Notes: generated by a model from the letters alone, not told the origin. Numbered from the stretch's first letter, positions 1-8,978 are shown. The stretch is DNA of 64,000 nt from Phyllobacterium sp. (GCA_050726055.1 JBOHIW010000013.1:59044-123043), one strand, 5' to 3'. Numbers and translations are program-made.

Positions 1-33
1 CGGGAAAAAAATCAAGGATAGTGATATTTGTCA

Positions 34-61
34 TTGATTGGTCACAGATTTCTCCTTATAT
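34..61 (+). promoter_or_regulatory. Candidate sigma70 promoter for the speF leader/odc transcript
   Basis: TTGATT (34-39) and TTATAT (56-61) with a 16-nt spacer, just before the structured leader. Resembles the rhizobial CTTGAC-N17-CTATAT consensus. Confidence 0.4.
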
Positions 62-62
62 C

Positions 63-214
63 GCGGCTGCCCAAAGTCGCACGTGCCTGTGGGTGTCCCC
101 CGGACCTCTTAATGGGAGAATAACCGGGATGGTACCTGACGGAATTTCCGTCAGCCGGTTTGATGGCCAACCAACAAACCGAGGACACCTTGAAGCAACG
201 ACGGTGCGGGCCTT
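63..214 (+). ncRNA. speF leader-type cis-regulatory RNA (Rhizobiales ornithine decarboxylase leader)
   Basis: Nested helices are visible: GGTGTCC(82-88)/GGACACC(183-189) close a multibranch junction containing CCCGG..CCGGG, CTGACGGAA/TTCCGTCAG (136-154) and GGTTTG/CAAACC (157-180). An outer AAAG..GCAC/GTGC..CTTT stem encloses these. It lies about 300-450 nt upstream of an ornithine decarboxylase, the known context of the speF motif. Confidence 0.72.
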
Positions 215-508
215 TCTGGTGTCTTTCGGCTGTCCAAAAGCCGAAATTACTGAAGAGGCACACCTTCATTGCCGGCAGTGCGGATGGGACTTCCCAATTC
301 CAAGCCAAGGCAGACAAAGCGGATCGACGCTGTTGAAGCGTTTATCCAATACCGCATGACTGCAAGAGTGGTTCCAGGGTCTCCACAGGCTGGTTCCGCG
401 TCGATCAGCACCATGCACTTTGTCGCTTGCGAATACGATCCGGCGGGGGCCGGAGGGATTCGCAGCACCTATTGGCGCGGCCCTATGGCCGCAGGACTGG
501 AGGGCGTC

Positions 509-1642
509 ATGGCCACGCAGCGTATTATCGATTTTCTCGAAACCCGCCGACCAAGCGGACCTTGCCTCGTTGTCGACCTCGAGGTCGTGCGCGAAAACTA
601 TCAGGCTTTTGAAAAGGCGCTGCCGAATTCACGCATCTTCTATGCCGTGAAGGCCAATCCAGCGCCGGAAATCCTGCGCCTTCTCGCGACGCATGGCTCG
701 TCCTTCGACACGGCATCCGTGGCCGAAATCGAAATGGCGCTCGATGCCGGCGCGACGCCGGACCGCATCTCCTATGGCAACACCATCAAGAAGGAGCGCG
801 ATATCGCGCGCGCTTTCGAGCTGGGCATCGATCTCTATGCAGTCGATAGCGTCGAGGAAGTGGAAAAAATTGCCCGCGCCGCTCCCGGCAGCCGCGTGTT
901 CTGCCGCGTCCTGACCGATGGCGAAGGCGCCGAATGGCCGCTGTCGCGCAAGTTCGGCTGCGTACCGGCAATGGCAGTCAATGTGCTGCGGCAGGCGGCA
1001 GCGCTTGGCCTGAAGGCTTATGGCGTGTCGTTCCATGTCGGCTCGCAGCAGACGGATCTGACTGCCTGGGACAGGGCGCTGGCCGACGCGAAGCGCGTGT
1101 TCAACACGCTCGCTGGCGAAGGCATCGTGCTGAAGATGGTGAACATGGGCGGCGGTTTCCCGACCCGCTATCTTCGCGACGTGCCGACCGCGCAGGCTTA
1201 CGGCCAGGCGATCTTCGAGGCGCTTAGCAGGCATTTCGGCAACAATATTCCGGAAACCATCATCGAACCGGGCCGTGGCATGGTGGGCAATGCGGGTGTG
1301 ATCAAGACCGAAGTGGTGCTTGTCTCGCGCAAGGCCGACAATGACAATGTGCGCTGGGTCTATCTCGATATCGGCAAGTTCGGCGGTCTGGCCGAAACGA
1401 TGGACGAGGCGATCCGTTATCAGATCCTGACACCGCGCGACGGCGACGCGACGGAACCTTGCGTATTGGCAGGGCCAACCTGCGATTCCGCCGATGTGAT
1501 GTATGAAAAGACCCCTTATCCGCTGCCTGTGTCGCTGACCATCGGCGACGAGCTGCTGATCGAGGGGACGGGCGCCTACACCACGACCTACGCTTCCGTT
1601 GCCTTCAACGGTTTCGAACCGCTCCGATCCTACGTCATCTGA
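509..1642 (+). CDS. odc: Ornithine (lysine/ornithine) decarboxylase, PLP fold-type III
   Basis: YAVKAN PLP-lysine motif, FHVGSQ, NMGGGF, IEPGR, GPTCDS. GGAGG RBS before ATG 509 gives 377 aa; the ORF-track start at 269 is an upstream TTG. Confidence 0.95.
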   Translation: MATQRIIDFLETRRPSGPCLVVDLEVVRENYQAFEKALPNSRIFYAVKANPAPEILRLLATHGSSFDTASVAEIEMALDAGATPDRISYGNTIKKERDIARAFELGIDLYAVDSVEEVEKIARAAPGSRVFCRVLTDGEGAEWPLSRKFGCVPAMAVNVLRQAAALGLKAYGVSFHVGSQQTDLTAWDRALADAKRVFNTLAGEGIVLKMVNMGGGFPTRYLRDVPTAQAYGQAIFEALSRHFGNNIPETIIEPGRGMVGNAGVIKTEVVLVSRKADNDNVRWVYLDIGKFGGLAETMDEAIRYQILTPRDGDATEPCVLAGPTCDSADVMYEKTPYPLPVSLTIGDELLIEGTGAYTTTYASVAFNGFEPLRSYVI

Positions 1643-1736
1643 ACAGGCGCTAATCCGGTTCAGGGAATGCTCACCTGCGCTGACCGGCGCAGGAGGGTTG
1701 ATGTTGCGCAATCCGATTTCAGGTTGGGTTAAAGAA

Positions 1737-2351
1737 ATGAACGCTGTCGCTCTCATTGCTGATGATGTTGCGGAAACCGTTGTGCCGGTTGCCGTGCCGT
1801 CATTCGTGATCGCTGGTGAACTGCCGCAGGATGTTGCCGCGCGTGAAATCCTTCTGGATCGCGCGATGGGCGAGGGCCGTCGCCGCAAGTCGTCCGAGAA
1901 ACTGCGCAAGGGCCGCATGCCTTCCGCTGGGCTGGCTTTTGTTGCGCGCGCTGCCGATGGCGCGCTGCTCGCTACGGTCCGGCTGTGGGATGTGCAGGCG
2001 GGTTTCAATGCTGCATGCAAGCCCGTGAAAGCGCTGCTGCTCGGGCCGCTGGCGGTCGATCCTTCGGCGGAAGGACGGGGCATCGGCTCCGCGCTGATGC
2101 GGCATGCGATTGCGCAAGCCAAGCGGCTCGGTCACGGTGCGGTCATTCTGGTCGGCGATCCGGAGTATTACAGCCGTTTCGGCTTCTCGGTCGAAAAGAC
2201 GGCGGGCCTTGCGATGCCGGGTCCGGTCGAACGCCGCCGCTTTCTTGCGCTGGAGCTGGAGGCCGGTCATCTCGATGGCGCCCATGGCTTGCTGACGCCG
2301 GCCGGGCGGCGCGTCAAGCGCGAGGCGCTGGCGGTGCGGCTTTCCGCCTGA
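1737..2351 (+). CDS. GNAT family N-acetyltransferase (YhbS-like)
   Basis: LGPLAVDP..GRGIGSALM acetyl-CoA motif and LVGDPEYYSRFGF. Alternative in-frame ATG at 1701. Confidence 0.88.
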   Translation: MNAVALIADDVAETVVPVAVPSFVIAGELPQDVAAREILLDRAMGEGRRRKSSEKLRKGRMPSAGLAFVARAADGALLATVRLWDVQAGFNAACKPVKALLLGPLAVDPSAEGRGIGSALMRHAIAQAKRLGHGAVILVGDPEYYSRFGFSVEKTAGLAMPGPVERRRFLALELEAGHLDGAHGLLTPAGRRVKREALAVRLSA

Positions 2352-2447
2352 TCCACTGTTTCCCGGTTGCGTTCAATGCGCGGGCTTCCTCTGGACGTCC
2401 GCGTTCTTGTTTTCGGGTCCATGAAAAGCTTGGCTTTGCCCGGAGCA

Positions 2448-2473
2448 ATATACTATAGTGGGGTATAGTATAT
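2448..2473. promoter_or_regulatory. RcnR/CsoR-type (DmeR) operator
   Basis: Perfect 10-bp inverted repeat ATATACTATA-GTGGGG-TATAGTATAT around a G-tract, 15 bp upstream of the dmeR start. Confidence 0.85.
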
Positions 2474-2488
2474 GGTGGAACGACAACG

Positions 2489-2761
2489 ATGTCCCATTTG
2501 CAAAAACAGAAGCCAAAGCTGCTTGCCCGCATCCGGCGTATCAAGGGCCAGATCGAGGCAGCCGAACGGGCGCTCGAAGGCGAAGCGCCGTGTGCCGAGG
2601 TTCTCCAGTTGCTTGCCGCAACACGCGGCGCATTCAACGGGCTGACGGGCGAACTGATCGAGGAGCATTTGCGGGAGCATGTGCTTCATGCCGAAAGCGA
2701 AGCCGACCGCCGGCAAGGCGCGGACGAACTCGCCGCGGTCATACGAACCTATATGAAGTAG
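2489..2761 (+). CDS. dmeR: RcnR/FrmR/CsoR family metal-sensing repressor
   Basis: MSHL..K.KLLARIRRIKGQ..A, CAEVLQLLAATRGA.NGL..ELIEEHLREHV; directly upstream of a CDF gene. Confidence 0.9.
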   Translation: MSHLQKQKPKLLARIRRIKGQIEAAERALEGEAPCAEVLQLLAATRGAFNGLTGELIEEHLREHVLHAESEADRRQGADELAAVIRTYMK

Positions 2762-2796
2762 CGGCCTATATGAAATAATGGAAAGGACGCGCGATC

Positions 2797-3789
2797 ATGT
2801 CGATGGCATCTGAAGCATTCAACCGGGACGGTCATAGCCACGTCTTTCTCGGCGATAATCACCAACGAAACGAGCGCCGCGTCTGGCTCGTGATCGCACT
2901 GACTGCGACCATGATGGTGATCGAGATCGCTGCTGGCACAATCTACGGATCGATGGCCCTCGTGGCCGATGGTTGGCACATGTCGACCCATGCGGCTGCG
3001 ATGCTGATCGCGGCGTTGGCCTATCTCTACGCCCGCAAACATGCGCGCGATCCGCGCTTTACCTTTGGTACGGGCAAGGTGGGTGATCTGGCGGCCTTTG
3101 CCAGCGCGATCATTCTGGCGTTGATCGCGCTGCTGATCGGCTGGGAAAGCTTTGTGCGGCTCGCCAATCCGGTGCCGATCAGTTTTTCGCAAGCAATTGG
3201 TGTTGCCGTGGTCGGGCTGGCCGTCAACCTGCTGTCGGCCTGGCTGCTGAAAGACGATCATTCCCATCACGGTCACAGCCATGAGCACCACCATCCGCAC
3301 TCACATGATCACGCCGATCATCATGACCATGCGCCGCATGTGGCGGCTCGGCCCGAGGGCAGGGATAACAATCTGCGCGCTGCCTATATGCATGTGCTGG
3401 CCGATGCGCTGACGTCGGTTCTGGCCATCGCCGCCCTGCTTCTTGGCAGCTATTATGGCTGGCTCTGGGCCGATCCGCTTATGGGCATTGTCGGTGCGCT
3501 GGTGATCGCGCGCTGGTCGTTGGGGCTGATCCGCGATGCTGGCGGCGTGTTGCTGGACACCCTTCCCGACGGTGACGACCTGCCGGATGAAATCCGGGAA
3601 GCGATCGAAACGGATCGGGAAAAAATCACCGACCTGCATGTCTGGCGGGTTGGTCCCGGCCATCACGCGGCAATCGTGTCAATTACGGCGCGGGAACCCG
3701 CTGCACTGTCGGAATACCGCGCAAAGCTCGCGCATATCCACGAGCTTTCCCATGTGACCATCGAGGTGGAGCAACTGGCGGCCGCCTGA
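2797..3789 (+). CDS. dmeF: CDF family Co(II)/Ni(II) efflux transporter
   Basis: ADGWHMSTHA, His-rich cytoplasmic loop (HSHHGHSHEHHHPHSHDH), AYMHVLADALTS, DLHVW, HVTIEV. Confidence 0.92.
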   Translation: MSMASEAFNRDGHSHVFLGDNHQRNERRVWLVIALTATMMVIEIAAGTIYGSMALVADGWHMSTHAAAMLIAALAYLYARKHARDPRFTFGTGKVGDLAAFASAIILALIALLIGWESFVRLANPVPISFSQAIGVAVVGLAVNLLSAWLLKDDHSHHGHSHEHHHPHSHDHADHHDHAPHVAARPEGRDNNLRAAYMHVLADALTSVLAIAALLLGSYYGWLWADPLMGIVGALVIARWSLGLIRDAGGVLLDTLPDGDDLPDEIREAIETDREKITDLHVWRVGPGHHAAIVSITAREPAALSEYRAKLAHIHELSHVTIEVEQLAAA

Positions 3790-3790
3790 C

Positions 3791-3820
3791 AAAAAAAACC
3801 CGCTTTCCGCGGGGCTTTTT
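3791..3820. terminator. Probable bidirectional intrinsic terminator
   Basis: A8-CCCGC-TTTCC-GCGGG-GCTTTTT between convergent dmeF and esterase genes. Confidence 0.6.
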
Positions 3821-4435
3821 CTACTTGTAGGGTTGCAGGAAGTCCTGAATGGCGGAGATTTCCTCCTGCCGGATTTCGTGTCCGCCGGGATGCCATTGCA
3901 GGGTGACATTGCCGCCTTGCCGGGTGAAATAATCGGCAAGGCCCTGCGTCAGCGGCGCAGGGCAGATCGCGTCGTTCTCACCGGCAGTCATAAGAATCTT
4001 CTTGTCCTTATAGTTCGCCTTGCTTTCCGGTTGCCATGGGATCAGCGGATGCATGAGAACCGCCGCGTCGAACAGCGACGGATCGTCCAGCATGGTGGAC
4101 GCCAGAATATTCGCGCCGTTGGAATAACCAAGGCCGATAGTTGCGGAAGGGCTGGCCGCCTTGATATGCGCCTTGACGAAGCTCTTCATCGCCGCCGTGC
4201 GTTGTGCCAGATCGTCCATATCGTAAACGCCTTCGCCGGTGCGCCGGAAAAAGCGCAAGGCGCCCTGTTCCGAGACATCGCCGCGCAGCGAGACGATGCT
4301 GGCGGCGGGTAAAAGCTGGTGGCCGAAATCGAAGAACTGGCTTTCGTTGCCGCCTGTTCCATGGAACAGGAAAAGCAGCGGCACGCCCGGCCTTTCGGCC
4401 GGGTGCTCGCGATAGTGATATGTGTTGATCGCCAT
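3821..4435 (-). CDS. Alpha/beta hydrolase (phospholipase/carboxylesterase, MhqD-like)
   Basis: LFHGTGG, GYSNGA nucleophile elbow, GENDAIC, GGHEI; immediately downstream of the dioxygenase. Confidence 0.88.
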   Translation of the reverse strand: MAINTYHYREHPAERPGVPLLFLFHGTGGNESQFFDFGHQLLPAASIVSLRGDVSEQGALRFFRRTGEGVYDMDDLAQRTAAMKSFVKAHIKAASPSATIGLGYSNGANILASTMLDDPSLFDAAVLMHPLIPWQPESKANYKDKKILMTAGENDAICPAPLTQGLADYFTRQGGNVTLQWHPGGHEIRQEEISAIQDFLQPYK

Positions 4436-4440
4436 GACGC

Positions 4441-5385
4441 TCAATCCTTGATCGGTTCGAGATGCTTTTCAAGCAGGGCGCGAAGATGCTCGTGCTGATG
4501 CGGGAGTTTCAGCGCCTCACCAAGATGTTTTGTGTCCTCGTCACGGTCGAAGCCCGGTTCATTCGTGGCGACTTCAAACAATATGCCGCCCGGCGTGCGG
4601 AAATAGATAGCCCAGAAATAATCACGGTCGATCACAGGCGTTACGGCATAGCCGGTATCGGCAAGCGCCTGCCGCACCTCAAGCTGCTTTGCGCGGTTTT
4701 CAACGGCGAAGGCAACATGATGCACGGAACCCGCACCAAGATCGGCACGGGCCGCGCCCGGCAGGGTTTCAATATCCACCACATCGGCTCCGTTGCCGCC
4801 CGGAATGATGAAGCGTTTGATGCCGTTCGACGTATCGGCTTCCTCATATCCCATGAATTTCAGCAGCTCGGACGTGGCGCCATCATCGCGCAGCCGCATG
4901 GAAACCGAGTGAAAGCCGCGAATGGCCTCATCATCGCCGATGCTGCCCCCGGCCCATGCCGCGCGGCTGTCGCCCCTGGTTTCCACCAGCGCGAAGCCGT
5001 CATTGTCGGGGCCGAGAAAATGCAGCCGCTTCTCGCCGAAGGATTCACTGCGTTGAAGACCCGTGACGCCTTGTTCGGCAAAGCGCTGCCCCCAGAAGTC
5101 GAGCGAGCCTTCCGGAACGGAAAAAACCGTGGTGCCCACTTCGCCCGTGCCTGCATGTCCCTGCCGGATATTCGGGAAGGGGAAATAGGTCATCACCGAA
5201 CCGGGGGTGCCGGTCTCGTCGCCATAATAAAGGTGATATACGCTCGGCTCGTCGAAATTGACGGTCTTCTTCACCCGGCGCAGGCCGAGATTATGGGTGA
5301 AAAAACTGTTGTTCGCATTGGCGTCACTCGCCATCGATGTGACGTGGTGAAGCCCCTTGATCTGGTTTCCGATTGTGCTGGCCAT
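4441..5385 (-). CDS. Ring-cleaving dioxygenase, VOC/glyoxalase family (MhqO-like)
   Basis: GLHHVT, VKKTVNFD..YHLYYGD, GSVHHVAF, DRDYF.AIYFR.PGGILFEVAT; GAGGAG RBS. Confidence 0.9.
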   Translation of the reverse strand: MASTIGNQIKGLHHVTSMASDANANNSFFTHNLGLRRVKKTVNFDEPSVYHLYYGDETGTPGSVMTYFPFPNIRQGHAGTGEVGTTVFSVPEGSLDFWGQRFAEQGVTGLQRSESFGEKRLHFLGPDNDGFALVETRGDSRAAWAGGSIGDDEAIRGFHSVSMRLRDDGATSELLKFMGYEEADTSNGIKRFIIPGGNGADVVDIETLPGAARADLGAGSVHHVAFAVENRAKQLEVRQALADTGYAVTPVIDRDYFWAIYFRTPGGILFEVATNEPGFDRDEDTKHLGEALKLPHQHEHLRALLEKHLEPIKD

Positions 5386-5412
5386 GGTTGAAGCTCCTCA
5401 TATGGCTGACAT

Positions 5413-5460
5413 CCCGCAAGGTTATGGGTCCGCAAGATGATGGGCCCGCAAATTGATGGG
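5413..5460. repeat. Three tandem 16-bp direct repeats
   Basis: CCCGCAAGGTTATGGG / TCCGCAAGATGATGGG / CCCGCAAATTGATGGG, contiguous, 28-75 bp upstream of the dioxygenase start. Confidence 0.8.
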
Positions 5461-5576
5461 CAGTGTCCTGTTGGGCCATATGTGGGGAAAAGGAGCGGCA
5501 GGAAAAGACCGCGCAAAGGGATGGATTGTCTACATTTGTTGAACAATCCATCCCTTGACGATGGGTTTACGCTCGA

Positions 5577-6995
5577 TCAGTCGTCGTTCGACCATGGGCC
5601 GTGGAAGTCGCCTTCCTTGTCGAGGCGCTTGAAGCCATGCGCGCCGAAGAAATCGCGCTGCGCCTGGATGAGGTTGGCGGTGCCGCGCGCCTTGCGGTAG
5701 CTATCGAAATAGCTCAGCGCCGAGGAGAGGGCGGGCATGGGCAGGCCTGCCAGAATGGCTTGCGAGAGAACACGGCGCAAAGCAGCGGAGCCCTGCTGCA
5801 TCGGCTCGATGAAGGTTGGAGCCAGCATCAGATTGTCCTGTTCCTTGCCCTCGAAGGCGGCGGCGATGAGATCGAGGAACTGCGAACGGATGATGCAGCC
5901 CGCGCGCCAGATGCGCGCCGTGGCGGCGAGCGGGATATTCCAGTTATACTCCTGCGACGCACCTGCCATGACGGCGAAACCCTGCGCATAGGCAGCGATC
6001 TTGCCCGCGAGCAGGCCCTGTTCCAGATCGTCGATCAGCCTGGCGCGGTCGGCGGCGTTCAATCCGGGTTCATTTCCGGGGTAGGCTTTTTCGGCGCGGG
6101 CGCGTTCCGCCACCATGGAGGAAATCGAGCGTGCGGCGACGGCGGCTTCGATGCCGGTTGCGGGAATGCCCAGCATTTCCGATTCGATCGCCGCCCAGCG
6201 CCCCGTGCCTTTCTGGCCGGCGCTGTCGAGAATGATGTCAACAACGGGCTTGCCGGTTTCCTTGTCGGTTGCCTTCAGCACCTTGGCGGTGATTTCGATC
6301 AGATAGGAATTGAGCGGACCGGCATTCCACTTTTCAAAGATATCGCCGATTTCAGCAGATTGCATGCCGAGCCCGTCGCGCAGGATGCCGTAGATTTCCG
6401 CAATCATCTGCATATCGGCATATTCGATGCCGTTATGTATCGTCTTCACGAAATGACCGGCGCCATCGGGGCCGAGAAGGGCCGAACATGGTTCGCCCTT
6501 GTATTTGGCGGCGACAGCATCGAGAACTTTTTCGATCCGCGCATAGGATTCCGGCGTGCCGCCCACCATGATGGACGGGCCGTGGCGCGCACCTTCCTCG
6601 CCGCCGGAAATACCCATGCCGACGAAGGTTGGATCGTTCTCGCCCAGCTCCTTCAGACGGCGAACGGTGTCGTGGAAATTGGCGTTACCGGCATCGATGA
6701 TGATGTCGTTCTTGCCGAGATGCGGCTTGAGCGCTGCGATCTGCTGGTCGACGGGCTCGCCCGCCTTGATGAGAAGGATGATCGGGCGCGGCGGCTTGAT
6801 GCTGGCGACAAGATCTTCCAGCGTATCGCAGGGGATGATGCGTTCCTTGAACGCGCCCGAGTTGGCATGGAACTCGCGGGTTACATCCTTCGTTCGATTG
6901 AAGACAGCAATGTGGTAGCCTTTTTCCGCGATGTTCAGGGCGAAATTTGCGCCCATGACGCCAAGACCGATCAAACCGATGTCTGCCTGTTGCAT
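5577..6995 (-). CDS. gnd: 6-phosphogluconate dehydrogenase, NADP-dependent, decarboxylating
   Basis: IGLIGLGVMG, DAGN, GISGGEEGARHGPSIM, HNGIEYADMQ, AGQKGTG, LIQAQRDFFGAH. Confidence 0.96.
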   Translation of the reverse strand: MQQADIGLIGLGVMGANFALNIAEKGYHIAVFNRTKDVTREFHANSGAFKERIIPCDTLEDLVASIKPPRPIILLIKAGEPVDQQIAALKPHLGKNDIIIDAGNANFHDTVRRLKELGENDPTFVGMGISGGEEGARHGPSIMVGGTPESYARIEKVLDAVAAKYKGEPCSALLGPDGAGHFVKTIHNGIEYADMQMIAEIYGILRDGLGMQSAEIGDIFEKWNAGPLNSYLIEITAKVLKATDKETGKPVVDIILDSAGQKGTGRWAAIESEMLGIPATGIEAAVAARSISSMVAERARAEKAYPGNEPGLNAADRARLIDDLEQGLLAGKIAAYAQGFAVMAGASQEYNWNIPLAATARIWRAGCIIRSQFLDLIAAAFEGKEQDNLMLAPTFIEPMQQGSAALRRVLSQAILAGLPMPALSSALSYFDSYRKARGTANLIQAQRDFFGAHGFKRLDKEGDFHGPWSNDD

Positions 6996-7082
6996 GTCTT
7001 CTTCCTTCGTCATTATCAGATATGCCCCATGACTAAAGGATGAGCGGGCGGATTGAAAGAATGCGATGCGGGAATAATGGGA

Positions 7083-7910
7083 TTAACCGTTGCGAAGCCG
7101 TTCGATCAACTGGATACGTTCGCCGCTCTGGTTCATCTGGCCGGTCAAACCGGCGATGAGTGTTTCCACCACCAGGTGAAGCGCCGTCGTCGAATCCCAG
7201 GCGGAGGGAACGGCGGTTCGCCCGACAATGACATGGCGCGAGAAATGCGAGATCGGTGAAATCCACTGGTCGGTGAAAAGCACGATTTCGGCGCCGCGCT
7301 TTTGCGCCTGTTCGGCAAAGCGGATGAGGCTGTCCTGATAGCGGCGGATGTCAAAGACGAGCAGGACGTCGCGCTTTGCCATGTCGATGAGTTGGTCCCG
7401 CCAGATGCTTTCCTGCCCGTCGATATGGAAAACGCCGGAGCGGATGATCCGCAGATGCGCGGCCATGTAGCGGGCGATCGGGTCGGTGAAGCGTCCGCCG
7501 ATCAGGAATATGCGGGAGCGCGGGCGACTCAGCGTGGCGATGACTTCCGCGACCTGCTTTTCCGGCAGATGCCGGAATGTCTCGGTGATGTTCTCGATGG
7601 CCGAGGCCACCAGTGTGGCAACCGCACCGGACGGTGGCTTCATGATGGTGTTGCGGATCAGGGGCGACTGGATCTGCGCTGCCAGTTCCTCCTGAAGCGC
7701 GGACTGGAATTCCGGATAGTTCTGGAAGCCGAGCCGCGACACGAAGCGCAGGATTGTCGGTGAGCTGACGCCAGCCTGCGCCGAGAAGTCCGCAACGGTC
7801 CTCAGGCCGATCAGGGGATAATTGGCCATGAGCGTCTGCGCAGCCTTGCGCTCGCTGGCTGGCATCTCGCCCATTTTGACGGTGATCAGTTCGGCAATAC
7901 TGGTGCTCAT
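7083..7910 (-). CDS. MurR/RpiR family transcriptional regulator (HTH + SIS)
   Basis: SERKAA..L, AGVSSPTILRFVSRLGF..YPEFQ HTH and a C-terminal SIS domain; divergent from the catabolic operon. Confidence 0.9.
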   Translation of the reverse strand: MSTSIAELITVKMGEMPASERKAAQTLMANYPLIGLRTVADFSAQAGVSSPTILRFVSRLGFQNYPEFQSALQEELAAQIQSPLIRNTIMKPPSGAVATLVASAIENITETFRHLPEKQVAEVIATLSRPRSRIFLIGGRFTDPIARYMAAHLRIIRSGVFHIDGQESIWRDQLIDMAKRDVLLVFDIRRYQDSLIRFAEQAQKRGAEIVLFTDQWISPISHFSRHVIVGRTAVPSAWDSTTALHLVVETLIAGLTGQMNQSGERIQLIERLRNG

Positions 7911-8027
7911 GAAACGGCCGTTCCCCCTGTTTCTGTTCTCTGCCCGCTGTCGATAGTGGCTGTGCGAGCAAGGCGCAACACACAAACCGGATTGTTGAAA
8001 TTTGCCATTTGACAAATCCGATGACAA

Positions 8028-8081
8028 TGTATGAAATCATACGCATAAGGGAATCCAAAAACAATTGTAACGAATGTTACA
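8028..8081. promoter_or_regulatory. Pair of palindromic operators, probably for the adjacent RpiR regulator
   Basis: TGTATGAAATCATACG (8028-8043) and TGTAACGAATGTTACA (8066-8081); both fit TGTA-N8-TACR and each is palindromic. Confidence 0.6.
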
Positions 8082-8090
8082 GGAGCTTGA

Positions 8091-8885
8091 ATGGGAATAC
8101 AGCGGGGGCCATGTTCCATTCCGGAGGCAGCTCGGGTCGTAAACAGCGCGGGTCGAAGCCCTGTTGTTTTGCTTTGTGATCATGCTTCCAACCATATTCC
8201 GGAATGCTTTGGCGCGCTGGGTCTGTCCGATCATGATCTGACGGCTCATATCGCCTGGGATCCGGGTGCGCTCGGTGTAAGCCGGGCCATGAGCAGGCTG
8301 CTCGATGCGCCGCTGGTGGAGTCCTGCGTTTCGCGCCTTATCATCGACTGCAACCGGCCGCTCGACGCGCCGGACCTCATTCCGCCGACGAGCGAACGAA
8401 CCGTCATTCCGGGCAATGCGGGTCTCGATGAAGCCGGACGGCAGGAGCGCATCGCGCTGTCGCACGATCCCTATCACCGCGCGATCGAAGCGCTTGTCGC
8501 GGAACGGGCGGCAGCAGGGCTTCCCGAGCCGATGTTCGTCGCGGTTCACTCCTTTACGCCGGTTTATCAGGGCAAGGCGCGGCCGTGGCACATCGGCATC
8601 ATCCATGATGGGGATGAACGCCTGTCTGGACCGGTCATCGCCGGGCTTCAGGGCGAGAAGGGCCTCTGCGTTGGCATTAACGAGCCCTATTCGCCAGCCG
8701 ACAGGGTTTATTACACGCTGGAGCGGCATGGGCGCGCGCGGAACGCGCCCTGCGTCATGATCGAAATCCGCAACAATCTGATTACGACATCAACTCAAGA
8801 AGAAGAATGGGGCAAAAGGCTCACGCGCATCATCAGGGAGACGTTGAAGGACCAGGGCAATTCGAGGGAAAGCGGTTTCCCATAG
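8091..8885 (+). CDS. N-formylglutamate amidohydrolase family protein (predicted gamma-glutamyl-amide hydrolase)
   Basis: LLCDHASN, HIAWDPGA, SRLIIDCNR, VHSFTP, NEPYS, IEIRN; AGGAG RBS. Confidence 0.9.
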   Translation: MGIQRGPCSIPEAARVVNSAGRSPVVLLCDHASNHIPECFGALGLSDHDLTAHIAWDPGALGVSRAMSRLLDAPLVESCVSRLIIDCNRPLDAPDLIPPTSERTVIPGNAGLDEAGRQERIALSHDPYHRAIEALVAERAAAGLPEPMFVAVHSFTPVYQGKARPWHIGIIHDGDERLSGPVIAGLQGEKGLCVGINEPYSPADRVYYTLERHGRARNAPCVMIEIRNNLITTSTQEEEWGKRLTRIIRETLKDQGNSRESGFP

Positions 8886-8978
8886 GCAATTGCGAAAACC
8901 GGGAAGTCATATCGTCATCGCAGGATGGCAAATGGAATGCACTCACAGTCAATAGAACCAGTAAATCAGGGGATTAAC

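Noticed and set aside
269-508. 80-aa N-terminal extension of ornithine decarboxylase
   Set aside because: No family-like sequence; a strong RBS precedes ATG 509, giving the usual size of about 377 aa.
5413-5460. Tandem repeats as a CRISPR array or iterons
   Set aside because: No spacers, only three 16-bp units, and no cas or rep genes.
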